Of a stretch of 64,000 nucleotides of DNA, positions 40,875-54,903 are shown piece by piece. The first letter of the stretch is position 1. Each line of letters opens with the position of its first letter. The DNA is taken from assembly GCF_006345805.1 (NCBI RefSeq), contig NC_043017.1:24738001-24802000 (forward strand), written 5' to 3'. A program made the position numbers and the translations under genes. Below the pieces are notes generated by a model. The model worked only from the letters and a program-made list of their open reading frames with translations, was not told where the DNA came from and searched no databases. The stretch is from Octopus sinensis. Its lineage: Eukaryota.

Positions 40875-41605
40875 CTGGGTGTTATTGTCGACAGTGATTT
40901 GCGTTGGACAAAACACATCGCTAAAATTGTCAAGAAGGCTGAGGGTGTCTTGGCATCACTCACCAAATCCTTTGTGAGCCGTTCTCCGGCTATCTATCTG
41001 CAGCTTTATATAGCTATGGTAAGACCTCACCTGGAATTTGCATCACCAGTCTGGAACCCCTATCTTGCCCAGGATATCAATCATCTGGAAGCCATTCAGC
41101 GATGTGCAACCAAAGGAATACCCTCCATCAGGCATTTGCCATATTCTGAACGCCGTACTTCCCTGGGCATGGACACATTGAAACTCTGATGTCTGGCAGC
41201 TGACTTGGCAGACACCCATAAAATTATCAACCATCGTACAAACAATAACTCTGAGCACCTTTTCAAACTCCACCCATCTAACACCTGTGGACATATTTAC
41301 AAAGTCAGAAAACAGCACAGCTCCCATGACTTTAGGAAACATTTTTTCACGCTGAGAGTTGCTGAAGCATGGAACAAACTGCCAGCATCAGTTGTTAGTT
41401 GTCGGAGCAGTGCATCCTTCAAAACTTCCATGCTTTCTGAGATTCGCCAACACTACACCTGATTTTCTCCCCTCCATACACACACAAGCATGTATCTGAC
41501 TCATGCATTGTTCGCTTTCCAGACATTTGTACATTACTGCATATACTCTATATGCACTTTCTGACAAGTTGTGGTGCACCTGAGCACTGTATACAATAAT
41601 TTCAT
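40875..41605 (+). mobile_element. CR1-group LINE 3' end nested in a piggyBac-like MITE
   Basis: LYIAMVRPHLEFASPVWNPY and HFFTLRVAEAWNKLP motifs, followed by a 3'UTR. Confidence 0.85.
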
Positions 41606-42548
41606 TATATATATTATATTAAAATATTCCATCTGCTTTCTGTTCAAACTGGCTTGATCTAGCCTCTCACACCAACCTCACAATATCATTCTAAAAATTA
41701 ACAGTTACCTCATCAAAATCTCAAAGCTACAAAATAAAGCTGATTAATTGAATAATGAGAAAAAAAATAAGCATTACATTTGATAGAATTATGTGAATGC
41801 TAAAGGGTTAAAGACTATCAACTTGGAGAGAGAGAAAAAAAAACCGAACAGAAGCAATAGTTTCATATCATTATCATTGTCATCATCGTTTAACGTCCGC
41901 TTTCCATGCTAGCATGGGTTGGACGATTTGACTGAGGACTGGCGAACCAGATGGCTGCACCAAATAAAAAAAAAAAATGAAATAAAAATTTAAACAAACA
42001 AAAAACAAAACAATTTCTTGGGGTTTCTTTACTTGTAAATGTCTCCACCTGAGGAAGCAGAAACGGAAAAAAAAAATGCTTGTAAACAGGTGAGTAAGCA
42101 ACAGAAGGGATAGAAAGCTGCCTCTATAAATTCTATCTGACCCATAAAAGCATGGAAAAATTGACATTAAAGATAAGATACAGAAGTGCATGCATTTATA
42201 ATATTGCCTTTGTTTTTATGTATGTTTGCTGATTGTGAACACTGGCTTCTCTGATGGAGCTGGTTTGCTTGCAGTCCACTGTGAAAGTATTGTCCACGCT
42301 TCTTAATATGTCTTAACACGTTGCACCATCACTGTAAACAAAAAGCCCATCCATACAGTGTCGTTTGTTTTAGGTTCTCTCAAGTTATTTGTTATTTAAC
42401 AGAATAGAAAATTATTACCTCGCTTGGAAAGAACTGCAGTGGACAATAGGAAGTCCTTCCAGCCATAGAGACCCGTGTCCTGACATATGCTCCTCTGAGC
42501 CATGCAAGCATGGAAAAGTGGTTGCTGAAATGATGATGATAAATATAT

Positions 42549-42584
<36 letters not shown>

Positions 42585-43235
42585 GAAAAGGCACAGACAT
42601 AGTCATCTGGTTGAGAAGCTCGCTTCTGAACCGTGTTCTTGGATTTAGTCCCAAGCTTGGCACCATCACCAAGTGTCTTTTACAATAGCTCCAGCCGAGC
42701 AAAGTCACGTGAGTTGGTTTGGGAGATGTAAACAAAAACAAGTGTATGTGTGTGTGTGTAGATAGTGGAACTTGGTGCAGTCTTCTGGTTTGCCACTCCT
42801 GTCAAGCTGTCCAACCCATGCCAGCATGAAAAACTGAGGGTAAATGATGATGATGATGATGATGATGATGAAGGGACTATTCTTTGGATACTTAGTGTTC
42901 TGTTTATCTTCTGCTTCTCTCTCATTTTAATGTGTTTCTGTCTTATTTAGTGACTTCCAGCAGAAAGTCATTTATCAGAAATACCTTGAAGTGGCTTCTC
43001 TTCTCTATAAATCAGTGTGAGTGATGTGAAGCCACCCATTTCCAGAGATGGAATTGCCAGAATATATCCTTTTGACTCTATGTGCAAGGCCTGACATTTT
43101 GTGGGAGGGGAACAGTTTGATTTCATGAAGTCCAGTACTTGGCTGGTACACTGAAAGGATGGAAGTCAAGCATGGCAGAATTTGAACCAGAACACCAAGG
43201 TAGATGAAATACCACTAAGCATTTTGTCTTGTGTG

Positions 43236-44840
43236 CTACTCCTCTGTATGAAGACGCTTGTGTCTAGTCAGTTGAAAACTTCTGGAGAATGATTTCCCAC
43301 AGGTGTCACACAGGTAGAGCTTTTCTGCTCTGTGAACATATTTGTGATTTGACAAGGTACTTCTTTGAGAGAAAGATTTTCCACATATGTCACAGTGATA
43401 AGGCTTCTCACCTGTATGAGTGCGTTTGTGTAGAGTTAAATGAACGTTTTGAGAGAAAGATTTCCCACAGATAACACAGAGATATGGCTTCTCACCTGTA
43501 TGAGTGCGTTTGTGTATAGTTAAATATTGTTGAGAAAATGATTTACCGCAGATATCACACTGATATAGTTTCTCACTTGTATTAATGTGTTTGTGTATAA
43601 TTAAAGCTTTACCATAGGAAAATGATTTGTTACAAAAGTCACGAGGATTTGGTCCCTCTCCTGTATGAATATATTTGTGTTTAGTTAAGTATCTATTGGT
43701 AGAGAATGATTTCTCACAGATGTCACACTGATATGACTTTTCTCCCGAATGGATGCATTTGTGTTTGGTTAAATGTCTATTGACAGAGAATGATTGACCA
43801 CAGATATCACAGTGAAATGGCTTTTCTCCTGTATGGAGACGTTTGTGTTCAGTTAAATATCTGTTCCCAGAGAATGACTGACCACAAATATCACATTTGT
43901 ATGGTTTTTCTCCTGTATGGATACGTTTGTGTCCATTTATATTTCCCCTATTGGAGAATGTTTTACCACAGATATCACAGTGATATGGTTTCTCCCCAGT
44001 ATGAACACGTTTATGCTTAGTTAAAGTACCACCTTCAGAAAACGATTTACCACAAATATCACAGTGATATGGAGTCTCTCCTGTATGAATACGCCGGTGT
44101 ATATGTAAGGCACTACTTCCAGAGAAAGATTTACCACAGATATCACAGTGATACGGTTTTTCTCCTGTATGAACACGCTTATGTATAATCAAGTCACTGC
44201 TTCTAGAACAAGATTTACCACAAATATCACACTGAAATGGCTTTTCCCCTGTATGAATTCGTATGTGCTTATTTAAGTCAACATTTTGACAGAATGATTT
44301 ACCACAGATGTTACAGCAATAGGGTTTTTCTCCTGTATGAATGTATATGTGTCTCCTTAATTTACTTTTATCTGGGAAGGATTTACCACAAATATCACAG
44401 TGATATGGTTTCTCTCTTGTATGAATATGTTTGTGATTATTTAAAGTGTGACTGTCAAAAAATGATTTGCCGCAGGTATCACAATGATAAGGTTTCTTTC
44501 CTGTATGAATACGTTTGTGAGCATTTAAGTTACCATTTACAGAAAAGGATTTACCACAGATATCACAGTGATATGGTGTCTCTCCTGTGTGAATGCGTTT
44601 GTGAGTGTTTAAGGCACCACTTGCAGAGAATGGTTTACCACAGATATCACAACGATATGGTTTTTCTCCTGCATGAATACGTTTGTGATCAGTTAGGTGG
44701 CTTTTATGAGTGAATAACTTTTTACAGATATCACAGGTATATGATGTTCCTTCTCTCTCTTTCTGCATATCATTAGGATAATCAATGCTTTCAGTTTCTG
44801 TTTTAATTTGAACTGACTCCTCACAGAATTCATTTTCCAT
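43236..44840 (-). CDS. C2H2 zinc-finger protein, 534 aa, 18 fingers (finger 14 degenerate), single coding exon
   Basis: CxxC-x12-HxxxH repeats with TGEKP linkers; start [15 protein letters not shown] matches the paralogue; tttcag acceptor upstream at about 45197. Confidence 0.93.
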   Translation of the reverse strand: MENEFCEESVQIKTETESIDYPNDMQKEREGTSYTCDICKKLFTHKSHLTDHKRIHAGEKPYRCDICGKPFSASGALNTHKRIHTGETPYHCDICGKSFSVNGNLNAHKRIHTGKKPYHCDTCGKSFFDSHTLNNHKHIHTREKPYHCDICGKSFPDKSKLRRHIYIHTGEKPYCCNICGKSFCQNVDLNKHIRIHTGEKPFQCDICGKSCSRSSDLIIHKRVHTGEKPYHCDICGKSFSGSSALHIHRRIHTGETPYHCDICGKSFSEGGTLTKHKRVHTGEKPYHCDICGKTFSNRGNINGHKRIHTGEKPYKCDICGQSFSGNRYLTEHKRLHTGEKPFHCDICGQSFSVNRHLTKHKCIHSGEKSYQCDICEKSFSTNRYLTKHKYIHTGEGPNPRDFCNKSFSYGKALIIHKHINTSEKLYQCDICGKSFSQQYLTIHKRTHTGEKPYLCVICGKSFSQNVHLTLHKRTHTGEKPYHCDICGKSFSQRSTLSNHKYVHRAEKLYLCDTCGKSFSRSFQLTRHKRLHTEE

Positions 44841-47389
44841 AATTATTCCTCTTTGGCAACTTTGTTTCTCCTGTATTTTCTTAACAATTATTTCTACTGC
44901 TATAATTCCATAAAACGTGATTTTTATTGATGGCTGAAGATATTGCAAACTCCTGTGAAAATTTCTCCATGGTTAATTACAAAACAACCAACTCCTGAAG
45001 ATATTCCAGGCACAGAAGTAGAAGAATTTTGCAAATGATCTCAAATCACAACAAACATTCTCCACTAATTCCATCACAAATTTATAGAAACAGAATGATA
45101 TCCATTCTGTGGAACAACTTCCTTTTTAAAAGATGATAAATATCGACCACACATTTGAAGTAAGCAATACTTTTATGCCCACGTCATCTGATATTTCTGA
45201 AATAATAGAGAAACGGTATAAGATGGAGGGATACTTAAAAGTAGATTCAATGATGGAAAATTTGTTACATTTTCATATTGAAAAAACTTAATATAAACAT
45301 TTACGTCGTCATCTGAACTTTAAATTTGTTATTAAAATTACATCAAACAACCTCACGAGAGGTCTATATATCACAGACTACAGCAGCGCTATCATTATTT
45401 ATGCAAAACTATAAAATAGTGGACATAGGGCTTTAAACAAAAATTTTCCGCGCCCAAACTAATTTTTGCGTGTGGAGGTGGAGGGAAAAAGATGAACGAT
45501 TTAAAATAAATATATCTTAATTGTAGTGTGAGAATGTATATATATTCTGATGATAAAATATATTATCTTTCAAAAACATCCCAAATTTATAGACTATATC
45601 GTGTATGTTTAAGAAATGGCTCATTATATATATATAGCAGAGAATGAGACATCGTTCATCTGTCTCCCCACTTCGCCTCCACCTACAACTGGGCGCGAAC
45701 GAGGTTTTTTTTTCTCGTAAAACACTCAATTGAACTAGCTAGTTTAGAGTGGATTTTGTTCAGAATGGATCCATCTTTTTGATAGCAAAGAGGTAAGTAA
45801 ATTTTTACCTGTCTATATACACGTGCACGCTATTGGAAAGACTTCCTCCCAAATTTTTTATTTTTATTTTTGCTTTTGCCAAAAATTGGCATTTTGAAAT
45901 TTGCCCTCCACCACCACCATTCAAAAATTGACATTTTCCCTATCCCCTAAACCTAACCCTCAAACCCTAGCAGATTCGTATTCTCCGTAACCGAAAACGG
46001 GGGTTTGTGTTAAAAAAAAGAAATAATTATATATCTATATATATGTCTACATTTTACCTGTCTACACACACGCTATTATATATATGTATATATATATATA
46101 TATATACACCAAATATACACAATTTCTATACATGTTTAATAACGAACCATGTAATTCACACCCAGGAAATTTTATTTCTGTAAAATGTTGCAAGTGGGCG
46201 AAACTTCTGAGGCTTCCAGCTCACCCCACTCCATATTTCGAACCGCAAAAAGGGTTTTCTACCTTGTCGGGATGGGTTATGTTAGCATGTCACAGGAATT
46301 CATTCAACGAAAAAAAAAAAAAAAAAATCCAATTCGCCACCCCCTTTTCCGAACCAAAATAAGGGATTTGCAGCATATTAGAGTAAGGAGGTCAGAGTAC
46401 TTGATTCCACGCAAAAAATACGAATTTAGTGAAAATTCCGGGGAGAGGGGCTGCCCCCCTTCCGGACCAATTCCGAACCAAAATATGGGAGTTGCAGCAT
46501 ATTACGAGGTCAGGGTTCTTGATTCCACGCAAAAAATCCGATTTTTTTTTTTCTTTGTGAAAATCGTGCGGGTGTTACTCTGTAATTTTACCCAGGAGGG
46601 TAGTTCATTGTCAGGCGATTATTCTTTAACCCCAGGTCAGGTCTCACTGAGCAGAACATCGTTGCAGACATAACAATATCCGTTATTTCTCCTAAATCAT
46701 ACAAATTATTCAATCTGCACTTACGATTTCCTTTAACTCTGTTTATAAATCAAAAACGTGTAAGTTGCTTTAACGTATTTTCCATCTTCGCAATACACGT
46801 GCTTTTGAAATGAAAATATTTACTCTTCAGAATAAACATTATTTCGTTTCCATTTTGAAAAGAAATCAGGAAAAAAACAATTTTACCACGTAACGACGAA
46901 CGTTTAAGAGTTAGTAATAACTGTATTGTAAAAGAATGTGTATTACGGGAGACAGAAAACAATTTAGGTAACAAGTAATTATTTAAATATAGGTGTGGTA
47001 AGTAGCTTGCTAACCAACCACATGGTTCCGGGTTCAGTCCCACTGCGTGGCATCTTGGGCAAGTGTCTTCTGCTATAGCCCCGGGCCGACCAATGCCTTG
47101 TGAGTGGATTTGGTAGACGGAAACTGAAAAGAAGCCCGTCGTATATATGTATATATATATATATGTATGTGTGTGTTTGTGTGTCTGTGTTTGTCCCCCT
47201 AGCATTGCTTGACAACCGATGCTGGTGTGTTTACATCCCCGTCACTTAGCGGTTCGGCAAAACAGACCGATAGAATAAGTACTGGGCTTACAAAGAATAA
47301 GTCCCGGGGTCGATTTGCTCGACTAAAAGGTGGTGCTCCAGCATGGCCGCAGTCAAATGACTGAAACAAGTAAAAGAGTAAAGAGTAAG

Positions 47390-47975
47390 GGAGCAACATA
47401 TGGATGCGAGACCTGGACACTAAAGAAAGCTGACCAGAAGAGAATTAATGCATTCGAGCTTTGGTGTTGGAGAAGACTTTTACGGATTCCATGGACAGCG
47501 AGGATCACCAATGGAGAAGTTCTTAAGCAGATCAGGCCGAAAATGTCGCTAGAAGCTAGGATCACCAAGCATAGATTGGCATATTTTGGTCATATTATGC
47601 GGAGAAAATCCCCGGAGAAGGACATCATGCTCGGAATGGTCAGTGGCAAGAGAGGGACAGCGAGGCTCACCAATGGAGAAGTTCTTAACCAGATAAGGTC
47701 GAAAATGTCGCTAGAAGCTAGGATCACCAAGCATAGATTGGCATATTTCGGTCATATGCGGAGAAAATCCCTGGAGAAGGACATCATGCACGGAATGGTC
47801 AGTGGCAAGAGAGGAAGAGGCCGACCAAGAACCCGCTGGCTTGACACCATCAAGAGTGATACCGGAATGGACATAGCCAATCTGAAAGAAGCGGCCCAGG
47901 ATAGAACTGACTGGAGGACACTCATCCAACGAGTAACCGAGAGTCGACTTCGACTGAGCGGATAGATAGATGGAA
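47390..47975 (+). mobile_element. RTE-clade (BovB-like) LINE 3' fragment with an internal duplication
   Basis: YGCETWTLKKADQKRINAFELWCWRRLLRIPW, YFGHIMRR and GRPRTRWLD motifs; (GATA)n tail. Confidence 0.88.
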
Positions 47976-48119
47976 GGGAGATATATATTAATTTTAAGAT
48001 GCATTAATGCATAACTGTATCAGAAATTATAGACTTGTTTGTCATCACTGCAATATGATGACTGTAGTAAACAATGTTTCCATTTCGTTTCAAGTAAAAC
48101 GTCATGCTTTATACATTCC

Positions 48120-48480
48120 TCATATCTTCGAAATTACGCCGTAATTCTTCACATTTACCAAAAGTTAGATTAATGAAAGTGAAAAGAATAGAAAACGATT
48201 GAATGAAGAGAACATTAAGAACAAATATCTCGTATAGATCACAGTAATTATTTAGTAATTGATAGTGATCTAGGTTGTTAGTAAACAGATACATGTACGG
48301 TATAAATATGAGTACTTTACCGTCAATAAATTCAGATTTCTTTCGAAGTTAAATGATTGTTTTCAGAAGTGATATCAATGTCAACACGAGAGGAGAATAG
48401 TTCAAGGTGGTGGCGGGAGATTATATCCGGTTGCACATGCGCTGTGTGAAATGTGAATTGAAAGTAGCGTCTGCTCATGT
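48120..48480 (-). promoter_or_regulatory. Candidate promoter and first exon of zinc-finger gene 1
   Basis: Homologous to 58090-58380; conserved GGCGG(G/A)A and GCACATGCGC motifs; minus-strand donor at about 48157. Confidence 0.5.
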
Positions 48481-49129
48481 GAAAATGAGGTACGCATGTG
48501 TGTGCGCGCGCGTGTAGTGATCTCGATTCTCGGAGCGGGCTGTGTGTTGGGCTCTTTAGCAAGACACTTTATTTCGCGTTGTTCCAGTTCACTCAGTTGT
48601 AGAAATGAATTGCGACGTCGCTATTGCCAAGCTGTATCAACTTTTGCCTTTCCCTTGGATAACATCGGTGGCACGGAGAGGGAAGGTTGGTATGCATGGG
48701 CGACTGCTGGTCTTCCACAAACAACCTTGCGCAGACTTGTGCCTCGGTGGGTAACTTTCTAGGTGCAATCCCTTGATCATTTATGACCGAAGGAGGTCTT
48801 GTGCCGGTGGCATGTAAAAAACACCATCCGAACGTGGCTGATGCCAGCGCCGCCTTGACTGGCTTCCGTGCCGGTGGCACGTAAAAAGCACCAACCGATC
48901 GTGGCCGATGCCAGCCTCCTCAGGCCTCTGTGCCGGTGGCACGTAAAAAACATCCACTACACTCATGGAGTGGTTGGCATTAGGAAGGGCATCCAGCTGT
49001 AGAAACACTGCCAGATCAGACGGGAGCCTGGTGCAGCTTCCTGGCTTCCCAGACCCCAGTCAAACTGTCCAACCCACGCTAGCATGGAAACGGACGTTAA
49101 ACGATGATGATATATGTATATATAAGGCA

Positions 49130-50960
49130 AATGCTTTTCACTCCACAGAAACTGCATAAGCTATTCTGATTCCATCACAGTAATGGAAACCGTTCCATAT
49201 CATCAGCAGGTATCTCAGGGTCATTACCGTTTCACTCTTTAGCCTGTATGCTTCGCCTGGGTTAGACAGCGATGACAGAACTAATCTTCTTCTGTAGAAG
49301 TTTTCCACTTGCAGTCTCTCATCAACTGTAGCCACCTTGAGCTTGTTTTAGTTGTGCTATCTCCATAGCTTTCTTCACTTGTCTGCATTCCAGTGTTCTT
49401 CTGTAGGAAACAGCACACTGACCAAGCTAAAAAGCAGCAGAAGCTGACTTCAATGGGGGAATGAGACTACATTCCTATCCCCTTGAAAAGGGCCAAATCA
49501 ACTGAGTCCTGATATTTAGTTTTTCTTTACCTAGTAGGAAGTATTGTGTCTGTCCTCCCAGGATACAGAGAGTGTGACCATGATAATTGTTTTTGTACTC
49601 CTGGAGAGCAAGAATATGCCTGGTCTGAGTGATGTTACCACTATCTCCTCTAGGAAGACAAGTCTGCCCTTCAGGTCCACTTGCATCTCCTACTCTGAAG
49701 CTAAAAGCAAAACAGAAAACAAGCCCCCTACCATTGCCTTCATCTTGGGAGCTTTGTTACCTTCCTGTAATAATTTGATACTCTTTGTTGGTACTGACTG
49801 GTGCTTATTGGCAGACGATTTCTGCAAGGATCTTGCCACGACTCCACCTGTGTCAGCCTTCTTCCAAGCACCCTAGGACATCTGGTAAAACTGTGGTTCA
49901 GAATACAAAGAGTTGCTCCACACTAATTTCCCATGTGTCTATAGACTTTACTGCTCCTGTTCATCTTCCACACACAAACATTACTTCCTCTGTTAACCTT
50001 CCTGTGACACCACTGTACCTCTTGTATCAATAGCTTGCAATGGGTACACTGAATGAAATCCTGCCTACACATTGACTGGTGCTATTTACTGAAAGTGGGT
50101 AGGGTCCTATCTGTTTTCTACTTACTAGAATCTTGGTCTTTGTTAACTTTAAAACTTACTGATTCCAATTCTTGCCTCCAAACCTAGAATTCTTTTTAGT
50201 TCAGTTACAGATTCTGCCCTATGAGCAAGATCATCAACATATAGTAGCTTCCATAAGCTGCCGGTCTTAAATTACCAACTAATGTCCTGGAGGATGATGA
50301 ATACGAAAATGCTGAGAACTGAGTCATTAGTCAATCCCTAGTTTCCTCAGAGACCACATCACAGAGCAAGGTACTCTGTTGAAGGCTTTCTCAAACAAAT
50401 GCCAAGTACAACTGCTTCTTCTTAACTAGATACTTCTCTTGCAGTTGCCTATGACAATAGCATCAGTAGTGCTTCTCCCTGGCACAAGGCCAAACTGCAT
50501 TTCAACTAGCCTGATTAATTATATTCGGAATTCTGTATATAGAATATATAATTCCACATGTTAATTTTCTACTTACTTTATATAAGGAGTGAGATACAAA
50601 TCTAACTCTCTCTGTAACTTTTATCACCTGATCCAATAATTCAATGTCTCTATAATTACTTCTTCCTTAGGCATCTCCCTTACCCTAGTCACAACGGACT
50701 ATAATGCCACTACACCAGTCACTGGAAATGAGCCCTCTTCAACAGGCCAATTGACTATACAGGTGACAAGACGATATCTTACTCTACCACATAGTCAAAG
50801 CATCTCAGCAGTAACTCCTGTTTACCAGTTTTCCTGTCGGCACAGCTTTAATAGCTTTATGTATCATACTACTCTCATGTAGGATAGACGGTCCCTTTTT
50901 TGGGGGGTTCACAAAGGAAAAACTCCTTTCCATTCTCCTGATTCAATAGTCTCTCATAGT
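49130..50960 (-). mobile_element. Degenerate RTE-clade LINE RT region
   Basis: Minus-strand peptides MQFGLVPGRSTTDAI (about 50490) and WKLLYVDDLA (about 50240). Confidence 0.7.
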
Positions 50961-50982
50961 AGCATAGCCTTTCACACACTTA

Positions 50983-51198
50983 CGAGGGAATGCTGAAAAG
51001 TTCCTGGCTCTGGGTAAAAGAAAATACAAGCGGATCAGTTGGTTATATAATTATATTCATCATATTCTCCTCTCATATTTACACTTATTGCAGTGGTTTT
51101 TCAGTTTTTCTAAGCCCTGTATAAGAACTTGGAAGGTTGGGCCTCCAACCAGGCCTTTTATGATACCCATAAAGCCAGGAATTTTCAGTACCCCTTCA
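50983..51198. mobile_element. Tc1/mariner-derived MITE, inverted copy of 26635-26850
   Basis: TA|cgagggaatgctgaaaagttcctgg .. ccaggaattttcagtaccccttca|TA. Confidence 0.78.
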
Positions 51199-51503
51199 TA
51201 CATGCATTTGTATACTCAAGGTAGTATATCCTTGGTTATGGCATATAACCAGTCAGAAAGCTACCGTTTGTTTCATGTCTACTATTGCACTGGGCAATAT
51301 AGAAAACACTGTTCAGAGATGGTGGCTTGAGGTACATAACATCTTTACTGATAGAGGTAAATACAGTCTTGGTCTGTTTGGAACTGAAAACCGAATTAAA
51401 AAAAAAAAGCCAGAGTGGAAAAGAAGAGTTGCCTCCCCTTGTACGATACTAAAATTACAATGAATTGCAAGTTACTGTTCTCTTCAAAAGTCTCAAAACT
51501 TCT

Positions 51504-51571
<68 letters not shown>

Positions 51572-51572
51572 A

Positions 51573-52432
51573 AGCCCGTTGGCCGCTCTGGCAACGATGA
51601 CACTCGGATGGTGTTCTGTACTAGTAGGGTGCCAAGAACACCATCCGAGCGTCATCGTTGCCAGAGCAGCTAACTGGCTTCCGTACCCGTGGCACGTAAA
51701 AGGGCACCATTCGAGCGTGATCGTTACCAACGTCGCTTCACTGGCACCTGTGTCGGTGGCACGTGTAAAAAGATTCGAGCGAGGTCATTGCCAGTACCGC
51801 CTGACTGGCCCCCCGTGCAGGTGGCACGTAAAAAGCACTCACTACACTCTCGGAGTGGTTGGCGTTAGGAAGGGCATCCAGCTGTAGAAAGTCTGCCAGA
51901 TCAAGACTGGAGCCTGGTGCAGCCATCTGGTTCGCTAGCCCTCAGTCAAAACCGTCCAACCCATGCTAGCATGGAAAACGGACGTTAAACGATGATGATG
52001 ATGAATGCATTCTGTCCACTCAGGCGGGTGGCTGGCTGGTGTTAGGAAGGGCATCCAGCTGTAAAAACCATACCAAAAGAGACACAGAAGCTTGGTGCAG
52101 GCTCCTGTCAAATCATCCAACCCATACCAGCATGGAAGGTGGAAGTATGTGTGTGTACATATATAAATATATATTAGCTGATGCCAGCGCTGCCTTGACT
52201 GGCTTCCGTGCCGGTGGCACGTAAAATGCACCAATCCGATCGTGGCCGTTGCCAGCCTCGCCTGGCACCTGTGCAGGTGGCACGTAAAAAGCACTCACTA
52301 CACTCACGGAGTTGTTGGCGTTAGGAAGGGCATCCAGCTGTAGAAACTCTGTCAGATCAGACTGGAGCCTGGTGCAGCCTTCTGGCTTCCCAGATCCCCG
52401 GTCGAACCGTCCAACCCATGCTAGCATGGAAA
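51573..52432 (+). mobile_element. SINE family E with RTE-like tail (stacked copies)
   Basis: gccggtggcacgtaaaaagcacc internal repeats, ggcgttaggaagggcatccagc, and a cggacgttaaacgatgatg tail. Also at about 6633-6870(-), 21430-21735(+), 27165-27437(+), 27968-28130(-), 48800-49110(+) and 54515-54895(+). Confidence 0.8.
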
Positions 52433-52439
52433 GAAATTA

Positions 52440-53255
52440 AGAGATTATATTAGAAGAAAAATCAAAACCAAGGCAGAACTAGTATCTAAAGTCATTTAGA
52501 ATAATTTTAATTAGGGTAAGGTGAATTTGAAGTGGTATTCTGTAATCAGAGACAGGGCACGAATATTTTAGATGAGGAAAATTTACAGTTTATAAGGAAT
52601 AAAGTAGTAAAATAGAAGAGTATAAGCAGGAGAATAATGTTCACAACTCATGTTTTTCCAGAGGATCTGGATGTTGGTCAATACTTCCATCATGGTACAG
52701 GTTTTTATAGGAGTACCGACCAACATCCATATCCTCTGGAAAAAGATGAGTTGTGAACATTATTCTCCGGCCTATATTCTTCTATTTACTACTTAGTTCC
52801 TTATAAACTGTGAATTCTATTCCATGTAAACTGTAAATTTTCCCTGTCTAAAATATTCATACCCTGTCTCTGATGATGGAATACCTAGTGCACAGACATA
52901 CTAAGCAACCACTCGGGTTATCCCAGAAACGTCTGTAAGACTTCAAATTCACCTTACTCTAATTAAATTATTTTAACCCTTTCGTTACCAACCTGGCTGA
53001 AACCGGCCCTAGCTCTGATTACAAATGTCTTGTTTTCATAAGTTTTGAATTAAAATCTTCCACCAAACCTTAGTTAAAATTTATGTTCCTAACACTAGCT
53101 GAATGATAACTAAGTTATTTTATTAAATTCTTTGTTATGTTTAGAGTAATTGAAAGAAACGCAGAGCATCTCAAAATAAATACAGTAATGAAAGGATTAA
53201 ATGACCTGAGATACTCATTCTGCCATGGTTCTGATTTTTTTCTCTAATATAGTAT
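52440..53255. repeat. Inverted repeat (arms about 240 bp); right arm carries a hammerhead and a MITE insertion
   Basis: ggagaataatgttcacaactcat..ggatgttggtc versus gaccaacatcc..atgagttgtgaacattattctcc. Confidence 0.85.
52866..52941 (+). ncRNA. Type I hammerhead ribozyme in the right arm of an inverted repeat
   Basis: GTCT CTGATGA TGGAATACCTAGTG..CACTCGGGTTATCCCA GAAAC GTCT GTA AGAC. Confidence 0.8.
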
Positions 53256-54903
53256 GTACATGCTATCACAGAACCCTAACGTGGATCCCTAGATCCAGTC
53301 TTAGCTGTGATCTTGGAACCTAATGGTTGATCCACTATAGCACTTATCCAGCATACCTATTCATTTAGATCACAAGTGAACAAAATCCCTCGTATTCTAT
53401 ATGCGTGGCATTTTGGGCAAGTGTCTTCTGCTATAGCTTCGGGCCAACCAATGCCTTGTGAGTGGATTTGGTAGATGGAAACTGAAAGAAGCCCGTCGTA
53501 TATATGTATATATATGTATGTATATGTTTGTGTGTCTGTGTTTGTCCCCCTAGCATTGCTTGACAACCGATGCTGGTGTGTTTACGTCCCCGTCACTTAG
53601 CGGTTCGGCAAAAGAGACGATAGAATAAGTACTGGGCTTACAAAGAATAAGTCCCGGGGTCAAGTTGCTCGACTAAAGGCGGTGCTCCAGCATGGCCCCA
53701 GTCAAATGACTGAAACAAGTAAAAGAGAGAAAAGAGATATGAACAGAGTGTCTGAAGTGGTGTACAGATATTGTATAAGAAGAAGGAGGCAGAATTTTGA
53801 ATAATTCTTTATTATCATTTTCATGTGTTCAAACTCTTCAAGATAATGCACAGAAAAATTCTTCCTCCTTTTACATAAATCGAAAAGAGGGTTTTGTTTT
53901 TTGCTTATAAGAGGAGAAATTTCGTTTCTTGGAGAGAGGGAGAAAGAGAAAAAGATAGGAAGGATAAGAAAGAGAAAGAAAAGCAAAGAGGAGGGGAAGA
54001 GAGACAGAGAAATAAGGCTTCTTTTCAATTAAGTGCATAAGTTGATCTTTTCAAATCAGGTTGTCTGTGTTTGAACTATAACGCTAATATACATGTTGCA
54101 TGTATTGCATATAGAATAAGCAACGTTTATTTATGGAAGCATTCATGGCCTTCCTTTGACATCTCTTTTCCTCAATTAATACTCACTTTATGAGGATCAT
54201 ACCATGGATTCATGAGCAATACATGTTACAATACCATTATCACAATACTTTAGTTTGCTCCTGTATCCACAGACTTCACTGTGATATTAGCTTCTTTCTC
54301 ACATAATGTTGCTGTCTTGTTTTGTCACTATTTACAGAAACTGACTTACTTCAAATATCAGGCGTCTCTATAAATAAGTGTGAATCACATTAAGCCACCC
54401 ATTTCCAGAGGAGTAGACAAAAATATCTTGTTGATAATGGTTACTCGTCTCTATGAAGATGTGTCTATCTACTTAACTGCAAATTGCTCGAGAAAGATTT
54501 GTCACAGACTGTGATACCAGTGGCGGTGGCACATAAGAGAACCATCCCAACGTAGCCGTTGCCAGCGCCGCTCCGACTGGCCTCTGTGTCGGTGGCACGT
54601 GAAAAACACCATCTGATCGTGGCCGTTGCCAGCCTTGCTTGGCCTCCGTGCCGGTGGCACGTAAAAAGCGCCATCCGATCATGGCGGTTTGCCAGCCTCG
54701 CCTGGCACCTGTGCCGGTGGCACGTAAAAAGCACCCACTACACTCATGGAGTGGTTGGCTTTAGGAAGGGCATCCAGCCATAGAAACATTGCCAGATTTG
54801 ACTGGGCCTGGTGCAGCCTACTGGCTTCCCAGACCCCAGTTGAACCGTCCAACCCATGCCAGCATGGAAAGCGGACGCTAAACGATGATGATGATCAGAG
54901 AAA

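Noticed and set aside
44841-44948. N-terminal extension of the 570-aa ORF from a TTG start
   Set aside because: Eukaryotic gene; the paralogue supports the ATG at 44840.
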